DNA of 64,000 bases, taken from positions 30,866,682 through 30,930,681 of the forward strand of contig NC_068999.1 in NCBI RefSeq assembly GCF_001194135.2, given 5' to 3'. Shown here in pieces: positions 1 through 12,599 of the stretch. Source of the DNA: Octopus bimaculoides. Lineage: Eukaryota. The notes below the pieces were generated by a model. It was not told where the DNA came from. It searched no databases and saw only the letters and a program-made list of their open reading frames with translations. The first letter of the stretch is position 1, and each line of letters begins with the position of its first letter. Made by a program: the position numbers and the translations under genes.

Positions 1-1439
1 TATAATATTTTATAGGAAAATGACAATAACAAAGAAAATGACATAAGAAAATCAAACAGTAAATTGATAAAAATCAATAAATCAAATGAAATTCAGCAGA
101 ATTGTTCACCAGTTGCACTTCTGTGAAACAGTAGTTTTAAAACTAATTGTATTAAGAAATTAAATACAGTATAATTCATATTTTTGTTTGTGAATACAAA
201 GACACCAAGACTTTTGATACAGATCTAAAGAAAAAAATTATGAACGAATTATAAAGGCTTGTTGTGTATATAGATTTGTAAATTATATCTATTGAGTAAA
301 ATGGTTAAACAGACAGAAATTCTATTAAATGTCTGCTTTAATCACAAGAACAAAATACTGCAGTGAAAGTTAATGGATTATATTATTCAAGTTATGTTCA
401 TTGAAATCCTAAACTGTATTTAATGAATGTCTGCATACTGACACAAATACCCATTAAGGAAATGAATTGAACGTTTTGGATACACGATATTTTCTGAAGC
501 TTCAGATATCTTATATGCTTCCTTGTTTACCTCACGTTAGCCATGTCCCAACTCTGTTAATTCCATAAAGGATTTTTGTATAAATTACCACTGTTTTACT
601 TTTCTGCTGTACCTACCATAAATACCACTTTATTTTCTGGATAGTCATGTCATCATTTGTAGGAGTGATACATGTATACTAAAGGATCATTCCTTTCCTA
701 TTTTACTCTGCACATTAGCTAGAATAGTTTTGTACTATTTTAGATCAGATCTAGTTACAGAATTAGTAATATTCTGTGATTATCAATATATTTGAAATAA
801 AAATGAATTATATTTATTTACAGCTGACCAAAGGTCTGCTGAAACAATGAGAGAGGGAATCATAGAAGGAAGAAAACTATGATGGTGAAAGAAAGAGAAT
901 TTAAAAGGAAAGAGAGAATTAGTTACAACATAAGAGAATGAGAGACAGGATGTAGAAAGTGGTGTTTTAGCCAGATACAAAACACTGACTATAGAAGAAA
1001 TTATTATAGTTGATCTGATTGACAACACTGAATTACTGTGAGATTCAAACAGAAATGCAATGTATCAATTTACAAAGAAGCTCAATGCACAACCATTTTT
1101 ACCAAATTCTTTGCTTTGAAGAGGTTTGAGGAAAAGAAATAGTCTAGAGAATGAATGTTCATATATGATATATGGATGCACATGTACCCAAAGATACATA
1201 TTCATGTTATACACAGCTTACCAAGAAAGGCTGTATTAGTCTTCATTAAACAAAGTTAGTTTTACTTCACATTTATTATTGTAATTATGTTAACAGCATC
1301 TAAACTGAAGTGGTTAACAGTACTCAAAACGTTTTGTATGGGACATCTAACTAAGGATAGACATAAGGAGACAAAAGCTGATTAATATGGAAATATTTAC
1401 TACTGTTATGATGTATATCTTCATTTTTTATCTTTTACT

Positions 1440-1660
1440 TGTTTCATTCATCTGACTGCAGCCATGCTGGCACACTGCCTTGAAAAATGTTTGGTTGAAT
1501 GTATCGAACCCAGTACTCACGTTTTTAAAGCCTGCTACTTATTTTATTGGTCTATTTTGCCCAACTGCTTACAGGGATGTAAACTCACCAGTACCAATTG
1601 TCAAGCAGTGGTGGGAGACAAGCACAGGGATAAAGACACACACTCACACACACAAGTATA
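1440..1660 (-). mobile_element. tRNA-derived SINE (family A), 3' part, runs into gap
   Basis: Reverse-complement similarity to the tail of the better preserved copy at 50030-50463 (e.g. GACAAGCACAGGGATAAAGACACAC, TATCGAACCCAGTACT). Confidence 0.65.
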
Positions 1661-2559
1661 NNNNNNNNNNNNNNNNNNNNNNNNNNNNNNNNNNNNNNNN
1701 NNNNNNNNNNNNNNNNNNNNNNNNNNNNNNNNNNNNNNNNNNNNNNNNNNNNNNNNNNNNNNNNNNNNNNNNNNNNNNNNNNNNNNNNNNNNNNNNNNNN
1801 NNNNNNNNNNNNNNNNNNNNNNNNNNNNNNNNNNNNNNNNNNNNNNNNNNNNNNNNNNNNNNNNNNNNNNNNNNNNNNNNNNNNNNNNNNNNNNNNNNNN
1901 NNNNNNNNNNNNNNNNNNNNNNNNNNNNNNNNNNNNNNNNNNNNNNNNNNNNNNNNNNNNNNNNNNNNNNNNNNNNNNNNNNNNNNNNNNNNNNNNNNNN
2001 NNNNNNNNNNNNNNNNNNNNNNNNNNNNNTATATATATATATATATATATATATGTGTAATTGTTAAAGAGGACAACAAATGCTGAGGCAAGGCAAACAT
2101 CTCAAGTCATATACATTATTATTATTGGAAAAAAAAAACCGAAAAAATTCAGTCTTACAGGTGTTTCTGGGATATACCAGAGTATAGGATATTCCATCAT
2201 TGGAGACAAATAGGGAGAATGAGAAGTGTATAGATTAATGAAGTGATTACATAGAGGACAGGAGTAAAGGAATAAGGAGATGAAGAAAAGGAAGAAAAAA
2301 GAAGCATAAAAGTTCACAGTTCAACTTTCTGATTGTGTAGAAGTAAGCCCATGAGTCCTTAAGTGCAATCCTGCATAAATCCATGTAGGTTAAAGTTCTG
2401 ATAGTGCAAATATCCAGAAATAGACACGAACATGTCAACATTCAATAACAGAATGGTAGAGGAGGTGGCTATTAAGTGGTAAATAGAAAGAAAAGTAAAT
2501 AAGTAGAAAGAGAGGTAGATAGAGTGAAGGAGGAAACTGACACAGGCACTAATAGGTTT

Positions 2560-2780
2560 ACTGAAACTAACAATACTAACTATAATATAACTATACTATA
2601 CTATAACCACTACAACTAATAATACCTATACTTCAACTACTACTACTACTACTATTACTGCTACTACTACTAATATTACTACTACTAGTAATAATAATAA
2701 TTATTATAATAGTGATGCCGATAACAATAATGAGGATAATAATAATAATGGTAATGCTGGCATTGATAATGATAGTAGAA
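2560..2780. repeat. Degenerate (ACT)n/(AAT)n trinucleotide tract
   Basis: Visible actactact / ataataat runs. Confidence 0.8.
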
Positions 2781-2999
2781 ATGATGGCAGTAATAACAGC
2801 AATATCATGAACAATTCACCTAATACTACCCTAGACACTACCAGCACTACCTCATTTCTCCAATTAACCATCATAGAACTGAGAGCTGTAACTGCAGATT
2901 TGGCACAGACTGCCTGCTGCAAGCCCATTGCAGACGATTCAACATTGTATACAAATGCACTGTTCACAAGAGAGTAAATAACTCATATAGTTACAACAT

Positions 3000-5700
3000 T
3001 CGATCTACTACAAATTTCAAACAAAGATATGCACAACTAAACTCGTTTAAATATAAAGAGAATAGCAATTCCACATCACTTGCCAGCCACATACACCATC
3101 TAATTAATGGAAAAATTCAATATAGACTTTCCTGGGCTATAATAGACTCTGGTATCCCATATCAGAGCCAGCACTCCATTTGTGGACTCTGCTTAAAAGA
3201 AGCCCTCAAAATTTTAACCCGTAACTCATCACAATTGCTTAATAAACACAACGAAGCCTTCACAATGTGAAAACACAAATTCTTCCACTTTAAAACTCCA
3301 ATGAAATACAGAATGATATTTCACAGTTCTGTAGAAAACTATGCTTAACAGAGGAATTGTACGATAAAGAAAACAGGGATGAATCAATTGTAAGAAATGA
3401 GCAATTACAAGCCTTTGAAAGGTAAGAATAAAGCTTGAGATAAATTTTGTGATTTTTTTATTTACCTTCCCTTACAAAGAACTGTCACACCCTAAAATCA
3501 AGCCTAATACAAGTCGAAAGGAATGGAATATTATACATGAACTGTAAAACAATAACGACATTATAATTAAGGAAGCAGATAAGGGAAGTGCTACAGTTAT
3601 TATGGATATTGAACACTACAAAAGAGATATACTATCTATATTACAAGATATGACCCACTATGAAAAGGTAAATAGCTATCAAAAATCAAAGACAATGGCT
3701 ACACTGAACACATTCATTCACAGACATCAAAAACGTTCAACAAACAAAGAATGTGACGACTTAACCCATTTTGATTGCAAGACTAGCTACTTTTATGGTC
3801 TCCCCAAAATCCATAAGAATTTAACTATCAAGAAGGCATGTAAAGAACCAGCTTCAAATTGCATAAACATACAATATCCCACTGATAACTTAGACCAATC
3901 GTAGCAGGCCGGAACTGTGAAACACATAGACTCAGCAACTTTTTAGATATATTACTGAAACCTATTTTAAAATACATACCAAGTATTGTAAGAGGCGACC
4001 TGGACCTGTTAAACCACCTCCCAAAATGCATAAACAATGATACCACTATTGTATCTTTTGATGTGGTAAACCTCTATGCAACAACCCCACACCAACATGG
4101 ACTAGAGGCAATAAATTTCTGGCTTGAGAATTCCCTCATAAAATTCCAGAAATAACTGAAACGTGTTTCATCACTGAAGGATTAAAGTTTATCCTCGAAA
4201 ACAACATTTTTGACTTCAATGGCAATATTCACAAACAAATATCTGGGTCTGCGATGGGTGCAAAAGTTGCTCCTACTTACACCAATCTAGTCATGGCATA
4301 CATGGAGGTTCATATATATGAACTATCTAAATTAAAATATGGCTAGAACTAATACAAATATCTACTAGAAACTGGAAACGCTACTTAGATGACTGCCTAA
4401 TTCTATGGACGCACACATTTCAACAACTTATAGATTTCAAAAATCTAATCAACAGCATAAACAATAGTATTAACTTTACCATGGAATACAGTACAATTCA
4501 ACAACCATTCCTTGCTATACTAATTATCAAAAAAGATAGAATCATTGAAACAGATATTCACTACAAACAAACAGATTCTAAACAATACTTATTCTCCTCA
4601 TGCCATCCCAAACACATGAAGAATAATATTCTCTTTAATCCAGCAAGAAGAATCTGCACGGTTGTCTCAAACCTTGAAACTCGCTATAAAAGTCTCCAGG
4701 AACTTAAACAAATACTACTTAAAAGACAATATCCATTAATGTTAATAGACAAGGGAATAGAATGTGTCAAAGCAATAAATATAAAAAAACTCCAAAAAAT
4801 GAAAAAACGCTCCAGATACATCAAATATTTTACCCTTTATTACAAAACACAATCCAAGAAACAGAGGTTTACAATATTATCCACCAGAACATCTTACTAC
4901 TAAAACAAGACTCAAGAACGAAACAAGCATTTAAAATACACAAAATAATCAAAAGTAAAAGACAAACACCCTCTAAAAATTTGTCACAAGTGTTAGATTA
5001 TCTTCCACAATTCCTATACCAACAGTCAAAAAGTGTGGCCGCCCCAAATGCAGGACTTGCATCAACCTTATTGAGACACAGTATACAAATTCAAATTAGG
5101 ACAGGCTTTTACCATAAATAATTAATTTAGATGTTCTTCAAGGAATTTAATATATGCTATCAAATGTCAAGGATGTAATGAAGATTACATAGGTCAAACA
5201 AAGCCTACACTAAGAAATAGACTGACCATTCACAGACAACAAATATGAGACCCCAGTACTAGACAGATCCCACTGAGTGAGACACATAGACATAAGTGCA
5301 AAAACAAATCCCCACCAAATTCCAGGTCTTCCCGCTCTACCTATGTTCAGTGAATACCACAGATAAAGCATGGAAAACACAGAGAATACTTTCATACAAA
5401 AGTACAAACCAAGACTTAACAAACTTTAACAGAGTACATACACAAATATCTATTCACAAACAAAACTTATTCTGCCACTTAACATGAGGAACCTATACAG
5501 CTAACAAACTAAACTTTAGATACTGGACTGCATGCAAATGATTCCTGTCCCCTCTCCCACCAGACAAATTAAATTTAGAACACCTTGCTTTTAACTAAAC
5601 ATGTTCATTCAACTGTGTCGATTCTCAATGCATTTTCAACTTCTATTTGCCTTATATTTGCCTTATATTTCTGCCTGCTTACAGCAGTGCTTGGAAGTAA
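3000..5700 (+). mobile_element. Penelope-like retroelement (RT + GIY-YIG endonuclease), degenerate, near full ORF
   Basis: Motifs in correct order across frameshifts: IKEADKGSATVIMD (~3566), YFYGLPKIHK (~3788), SFDVVNLY (~4053), GSAMGAKVAPTY (~4245), WKRYLDD (~4373), IHYKQTDSKQY..SSCHPKH (ORF 4481-4903), GIY-YIG NLIYAIKCQGCNEDYIGQT (~5143-5200). The 5' boundary is approximate. Confidence 0.9.
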
Positions 5701-5719
5701 CGTGTGTAGTGTGGTGTTC

Positions 5720-6260
5720 ATCACATTGACCATGACAGAAGAAGTTGAGCAAGGAATCTGCATAGAAAATTTTGCCAAAAGCTTGGTCTTACCTACTCAG
5801 AGGTCTACACAAAGTTTTCAAAAAGTTTTCCTTGTTCTCAACACAATCAAGGAGATCTTGGCAAACGCGCATCTCATACCCAAATCTTCAGTGATAATGG
5901 ACTGAATTGAACTGTAACTGATCTGCACATCCTCTGATAACTCACGGATGGTGATTCAATGATTTCCCCTTACAGCTGCATGCACATCTATAATGTTTTT
6001 CTCAGTTCTGCTGGTGGCAGGACTCACAGAACGTTTGTCATTATCGACATTTTTTAGGCCAATGGACAATGTCTGAACCACTCGTACACTTGTGTGCGGC
6101 TCATACACTCCTCTCCATATCCTTTCTGCAAGATTGCATAGGCCTCTGAGCAGGTATCGCCATGACAACTTTCTTTGTCATGGTCAATGTGACGATCACA
6201 CGTTACACATGTTACTTCAAAGCACTGATGTAAAGATCGGGAGTGAGCTAGAACATTAAA
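5720..6260 (-). mobile_element. mariner transposase N-terminal fragment (pseudogene)
   Basis: EAYAILQKGYGEECMSRTQVYEWFR (ORF 6054-6305), DNDKRSVSPATSRTEKNI (ORF 5956-6168) and SIITEDLGMR match the mariner HTH/linker. No TIR pair found. Confidence 0.75.
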
Positions 6261-6369
6261 ACTAAGTGCAAATGCACAACAGAGTTCAAGGTCAATCTGT
6301 GCCAAGCAGCTTCACTCTGCATGCCTTAGCTTCATTACTATGGCAACTTTCCGAATACTTATTGATCAG

Positions 6370-6462
6370 ACCTCACATATATATATACACACACATACAT
6401 ATGTACATACATATACACGTACATTCATATATACATATTTATATATATACATGAATACATAG

Positions 6463-6537
<75 letters not shown>

Positions 6538-6545
6538 ATGTATAT
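6370..6545. repeat. (TA/CA)n and (CTAT)n microsatellites
   Basis: Direct inspection. Confidence 0.95.
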
Positions 6546-6559
6546 CTTTGTTCTGCTAG

Positions 6560-6870
6560 ATGTGCAATGTCAGTGTACATGTGTGACAGAGTGCTGGTGT
6601 ATTGAGGGAAAAGTTGGGCATAAGAGGAATTAGATGCAGTGTGCAAGAGAGAAGACTACACTGGCTTAGTCATGTGATGCATATGGATGTAGACAGTTGC
6701 ATAAAGAAGTACTGATCGCTTAAAATGGATGAAACTTTTGGAAGAGGGATACCCAGAAAGAATAGGACAAAGTATTGAAGGCTAATCTTAAGACACTGAG
6801 CCTTACAAAGGAGATGATTATGGACTGAGATATCTGGCACATTGCTGTACTCAAAAAGACTTGTCCACCA
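6560..6870 (+). mobile_element. RTE-clade LINE 3' fragment
   Basis: Degenerate translation MDVDSCIKK..DETFGRGIPRK..LKTLSLTKEM..DIWHIAVLKKT; same family as the 3' end at 15605-16110. Confidence 0.6.
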
Positions 6871-7022
6871 AAAAAGCACTTGTGCTGGTGCCATGTTGAA
6901 AGTACTGACGTTGGTGCAACATAAAAAGCTCCCAGTATACCCTGGAATGGTTGGCATTAAGAAAGGCATCTAGCCATAGAAACCATGCCAGCATGGAGAA
7001 ATATGTTAAATGATGATGATGA

Positions 7023-7075
<53 letters not shown>
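6870..7075 (+). mobile_element. SINE family D 3' fragment with (GAT)n tail followed by (TA)n
   Basis: GGTTGGCATTAAGAAAGGCATCTAGCCATAGAAACCATGCCAGCATGG matches the copies at 56590-56910 and 63690-64000. Confidence 0.65.
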
Positions 7076-7078
<3 letters not shown>

Positions 7079-7399
7079 CAGATTTACAGAAAATAGGTGA
7101 GGGAACAACAAGCAAGTGTTGGAAAAATCGTTGATGTTTTGAGCCTATTCTCTTTGGCAGAAAAGGATGAGAGGAAAAAAAATGGAGAGAGAATGAAAAA
7201 ACAAAGAGAGAAAAAATGTGTAGGGATTATTGGTTTAGCATGTTGAGAATATTTACACACACACACATACACACACACACACACACAGAGATTCATATGT
7301 GTACATACATCATCATCATCATCTAATGTGTGGGTGGTTTGACAATTAGCCTATGAGTCAAGGACTGCATCATACTCCAGTATCTGCTATGTAAATATT

Positions 7400-7660
7400 T
7401 CTTTTATCTCTTTTACTTGTGTCAATCATTAGACTGTGGTCATGCTAGAGCACTGCATTGAAGAATTTTTAGTCAAATGAATTGAACCCAATACTTATTT
7501 CTTTTTAAAGCTTGGTACTCATACTATTGGTATCTTTTGCTGAACCAAATTCACTCACAAGGCTTTGGTCAACTTGAGGCTGTAGTAGAAGACACTTGTC
7601 CTAAGTGCCCAGCAGTATGACTGAACCTAGAAACATGGTTGAGAAGCACACCTGCACCTA
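7400..7660 (-). mobile_element. SINE family A copy
   Basis: Reverse similarity to 50030-50463, including the head (CTGAACCTAGAAACATGGTTGAGAAGC). Confidence 0.7.
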
Positions 7661-7994
7661 TATANNNNNNNNNNCTGGTAGTTTACAGGTGTAAATTTGT
7701 GAATATGAAAATAATACTTGTATATGATGTGTGGTGAATTCATGGAAAGAAATCCCATAAAACTCAACAATTTAGTTAAAAACGGAGAAGACAAGTTGTT
7801 AAAATATATAAGAGAATTTTAATTCATGCGGACAATCATTTTGTACAGAGATATAAAATAATGCAAATTCCTGATTGAATTAAATTAGATTAATTAAATT
7901 AATTAACTAATTATATTAATTAATTATATATCAATGTAATTTAATTAATTTACTTTAATTCAATTCAATTATATATACACACATATATATATAT

Positions 7995-8227
7995 AATTCT
8001 TTATTGCCCACAAGGGGCTAAACATAGAGGGGACAAACAAGGACATAGAAAGGGATTAAGTCGATTACATCGACCCCAGTGTGTATCTGGTACTTATTTA
8101 ATCGACCCTGAAAGGATGAAAGGCAAAGTCGACCTCAGCAAAATTTGAACTCAGAACGTAGCAGCAGACGAAATACCGCTGAGCATTTTGCCCGGCATGC
8201 TAATGATTCTGCCAGGCTCGCCGCCTT
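7995..8227 (-). mobile_element. tRNA-derived SINE family B, well preserved
   Basis: Reverse complement begins GGCGGCGAGCCTGGCAGAATC with A-box- and B-box-like (GAGTTCAAATT) motifs; related copy at 61958-62162. Confidence 0.85.
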
Positions 8228-8309
8228 CATTGTCATATATGCATGCATATATTAGATTCTTAGATGTATTATATGTATTATATTGCAAAAAATGTCAGTT
8301 GCATACATA

Positions 8310-9562
8310 CAAGGTGGTATCGAAATGATCTCGGAGTAGTTATGCTTAATAAAAAATAACTTATTTACCTAAGTTTTAACGTAATCCTCTTCCAAATAGC
8401 CACCTTATGCAACAATACACTGATCCCAGCGTTCCTGCCGCCCTTGGAAATTGGCCTGGAAGTCGCTTTCCATAAGCAAGTTGAGGACCTTCTGCAAGTC
8501 ATACCAGATCTCAACAATGGTGTTAAAACAGCAACCTTTGTGCTGCATTTTTATCTTGGGGAAAAAATGGAAGTTTGCAGGTGCTAAATCTGGTGAACAG
8601 AGTGGTTGCGGAAGTGATGCCATGTTGTTTTTGGTGAGAAACTCATGAAGGAGGAGAGCTCAGTAACAGGGTGCATTGTCATTGTAAAGAATTCAATTCT
8701 TCACGCTCCATAGGTCCAGTCACTTTCACCAAATGTCCTCCCTCAAATGCTTGATGGTCTGGCCCTGGGGGATGAATTCTCAAAGCACAATACTATGGAT
8801 GTCAAAAAAACTTACGATCATGCTCTTGATTGAGCTGTGGCTCTATCATACCTTCTTCAGTCATGGAGATAAAAGCCTTTTCCATTGTGATGACTGCTGC
8901 TTTGCCTCGGGGCTGTACCCATAGACCAGGATCCTTGACATGAAGGATATGTCATCAACAGCACACTGATAGAGATCTTGACAGGCTTCGAAGCGATGTT
9001 CTTTCTGTCCAATGGTCAGCAAGCAGGCAACAAACTTGACAGAGACATGCTGCATGTTTAATTCAGACATTAGGATCGCTTGCACAGGCCCATACGACAG
9101 ACAAAAAACATCAGCAATACTGTTGATTGTCCTCCAACAAACCTCATGCACAAGCTGATGAATATTTTCCACATTTCTTGGGGAGACACTCATGGCAGGT
9201 CTTCCAGATCACTCATTGTTTTCCATGGTTGTTCTTCCGCTTTTGAAGCACAAATGCTACTCAAAACATTGCGTACAACCCATTGCCTCATTATCCTAAG
9301 TTTGCCAAAGCATGCTCAATGTCTCTGTTTAATGCAAAATTTCATGTTGGTTCTTTGTCCCTGTCCATGACAAAATCGCAGACTATAGCATACACATGAT
9401 CACAAAAACACAAATTTCACAACTTGCAAAGTAAACACACTAATGTCACTCTGCACACTGCCTCATGAAGGTCACTGCTAGCTCTCACTGTGCACACAAC
9501 TATGTGCTGCCATTGGTTGGTGCACTACAGAACTAGTCTTGAAACTTTTTGATACCACCTCG
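8310..9562 (-). mobile_element. Full-length-size degenerate mariner element (DD34D type) with TIRs and TA TSD
   Basis: TA|CAAGGTGGTATCGAAA at 8308 and TTTTTGATACCACCTCG|TA ending at 9564; 1253 bp. Transposase remnants YGYSPEAKQQSSQWK (ORF 8861-9193) and CSPDLAPANFHFFPKIK..ERWDQCI (ORF 8405-8623). Confidence 0.92.
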
Positions 9563-9807
9563 TAAATATGTAGACAGGTTGTTGACATATATCACCTGGT
9601 ATTTAACATTGCACGAACTACACACCAGTATAAATGCAAACACATATACACACACATCGATAGTTTAAGCTTCCCAATCTCCCTCTTCTTCATTTCTCAT
9701 TCTTCCCCTCCCTTTTTCTCACTTTCTCTTTCATTTTCTTTTCTTTTACTGGGTCTGGTGGAAGGAACAGTGTTCATGGTCTTTGCCTCTAGATAAATAA
9801 GATTGAT

Positions 9808-10130
9808 GAAAGTGCATAGCTTAGTGGTTAAAGTATTTGGTTCAGGATTGTAAGGTTGTGAGTTTGATTCTCAGTAGTGTATTGTGTCCTTCAGCAAGAC
9901 ACTTTATTTCACATTGCTCCAGTCCACTCAGCTGGCAAAAAATGAGTAGTACCTATATTTCAAAAGACCAGCCTTGTCGCATTCTGTATCATGCTGAATC
10001 TCCCAGAAAACTACATTAAGGATACATATATCTGTGGAGTGCTCAGCCACTTGCACGTTAATTTCACGAGCAGGCTGTTCCGTTGATTGGATCAACTAGG
10101 ACCTTCATTGTCATAACTCTTGCAGTGCCA
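9808..10130 (+). mobile_element. tRNA-derived SINE family C with CORE-like central domain
   Basis: tRNA-like head TAGCTTAGTGGTTA..GTGAGTTTGATTCTC followed by TGTGTCCTTCAGCAAGACACTTTATTTCACATTGCTCCAGTCCACTCAGCTGG; related copies at 33305, 37955, 51563 and 60310. Confidence 0.85.
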
Positions 10131-10350
10131 GCTAATAAGACTGATGTCATTAACGTTACATAGCAAATTGGCATTTGTAGAATAAGTATAAATGGAGAGG
10201 AAATTCCAGAGGGTTGATATTGTAAGGAGGAAGGACTTAGTGTAGTGCCAGAAAGGGAGGGTTCACACAGAAGTGATGAGGAACTTGAAGTGCCTGAGTG
10301 GAAGAGGTATAAGACCAACCAGCACTCAAAGACACTACCTCTTTCACCAC
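10130..10350 (-). mobile_element. CR1/L2/Jockey-like LINE 3' end fragment
   Basis: Minus translation HYTKSFLLTISTLWNFL..NLLCNVN resembles the Y..SFF.R...LWN.LP C-terminal motif. Confidence 0.45.
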
Positions 10351-11639
10351 GCACTGTCACCTACCCACCCTGTATAATTAACCCATGTTGTAAGAGGACA
10401 GTTTCAAATGTAACCAACGAAGTAAAAGCTATTAAACTTTCTCTTGCCGCTTCAATCTTCAACTAAATTGACCTTATTACTGACCACATCCACAACCACC
10501 CACAAGCCTCATAAACTGTCTACATATCAATTATAATTATTTCATCAGTTACTGCTGTACCATAATGAGCCTGGACAAGTTATAGTTTTTACCAAAAGAA
10601 ATATACCAATCAGAATATTCAATATTTTTCATTATTAGAAAATTATATCTATTATATACCATTATAGTCATCAGTCATCATCATTGTCGCCAATAACACT
10701 ACCACCACAGCAGATATTTGAAGAAAAACAAAAAAACTATATCACATTTATATTCTTCATCCACAACTCAACAATTCATACTGACCAGTATGTGTGCATA
10801 TGTATGTTTAAGTGTAAGCGTGTGTATATGGATGTGAGAAAGTGTGTAGTTGCATGTGACAATGTATGAGAATGAGAGTGTGAATTGTGTGTATGTATGT
10901 GTTTGTGTACTTGTTTCTTCCTCTTCTTTTAACAAACAGTTGTGGTTAAGACATGTCCTTGCAACTATTAAACTGAATCAAAAATGTGCTTCCTACTTTC
11001 ATACACAAAAGAAAGATGAATTACGTCCAGGAATTTAAACACACACAATTTCAGTTTTCAGGTTTCACAAATTCTAGATATGTATATGTGTGTGTTGTCT
11101 GTCTGTCTCTGTCTCTCTCTCTCTCTCGCCTTATGTATACATACATACATACATATATGTGCGGCTGATAAAATATAAATACATATATATATTTTATCAA
11201 CTGCACATACTCAATGTATGTGTTTTGCTTCTTTGCTGGCTTGCTGTGGCACAGCACTCTGGAGATGACTCCCTCTTAGCATTGGGTGTTAGAACACCTG
11301 AAAGCCATAGACAGGTGAGACAACTTGCCTCCAATCGCATTCTGGAGTGATGAATACTGATATTTCGCCATTCTTGTAGCTTATCAACATTATGTATCTG
11401 CATCAGACTGGGAACAAACTGAATCACCAGGCTATAACTAAACAGGGTAAGAACCATTTGCTGGTATGTCAGATGATGCATACATATGATTAAATTCATT
11501 ATCGAATTAAAAGTAGTGCTAGTGTTGTAAACATTATCAACGACACCTACTCAATGCATGTGTTTTGTTTGTTCACTGGCTCTTTGCAGTGGTGGGGGAA
11601 GGGTGACTCTCTCTTAGGATGCATGTTTAAACACAGCTA

Positions 11640-12000
11640 TTTTCTCATATATGAGCAAAGCCATTGTTAGAAAGAATCAATGGATGGAATAAGTCATTAA
11701 TGATGCAATGTGAAGCCCTGATATGACTCATAAGTCCAGTCAAAGATTTGCACATTCTCTTGCATAATGCACAGCTGTGTTGGCTGGCAGAGGGAACAGG
11801 TACCACTGTATGAAGTCTTTTGACATGCCACAGTATGAAGTCTTTTATATATATATAAATGTTGTTATGCCACATGCAATCTCCTGATGCCACTAACAGG
11901 CTCCAACAGTCTATGTCCTTAGCTCAGAAGGCTGTGCAGGTGAAGCTCAGCAAACCAACTTGCTTAGAGCGGAAGAAGCAGTAGTCAAAGAAGTCAGGAG
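11640..12000 (-). mobile_element. RTE-clade LINE 3' end with C2H2 finger
   Basis: DIDCWSLLVASGDCMW and CALCKRMCKSLTGLMSHIRASH (ORF 11645-11893). Confidence 0.7.
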
Positions 12001-12599
12001 AGTTGAAAATAACAAAGCAAAACCGTTCAGTATAACCAAAATAAAAGAACTTTAATTATGAGGCCAATAAACATTTGTAGAATAAATAGACTGTTCTTTA
12101 GAGAGTTTTTAGAGAGTGCTTTCTTTTACCTCTGAAATGTGTAGATTTCTTTTGGTGAGCTCTTCTTCTTTATTCACCAGTCTAATGATTTATTTCCTAA
12201 ATTTTAAAAACTTTTTTTTGACTGAACTCTGTTGTTTCCTTATTAGAAAATTATGTCTATTATATACCATTATAGTCATCAGTCATCATCATCGCCAATG
12301 CCACTGTCACCACTGTTACTACCACTACCATGATAGCAGATATTTGAAGAAAAGCACGATACCATTTCACATTCTTTATGTTGCCAAGTTCACTGTTTTT
12401 GCAGCCAGTTCAGAACCTTCCACTATTCAAATTAACTGCCAAAACCAACTTCACACTCAACGCAGAATACTGTGTCAACTGTTCCACACGAAAATGCCCA
12501 GCACCATCTCACACATCGACTGCCTGACACCGAATACTACATTGGCTTCCAATAGAATTTGAAACATTTGTTTGAGACAATCAGCTTCCAGCACGAACT

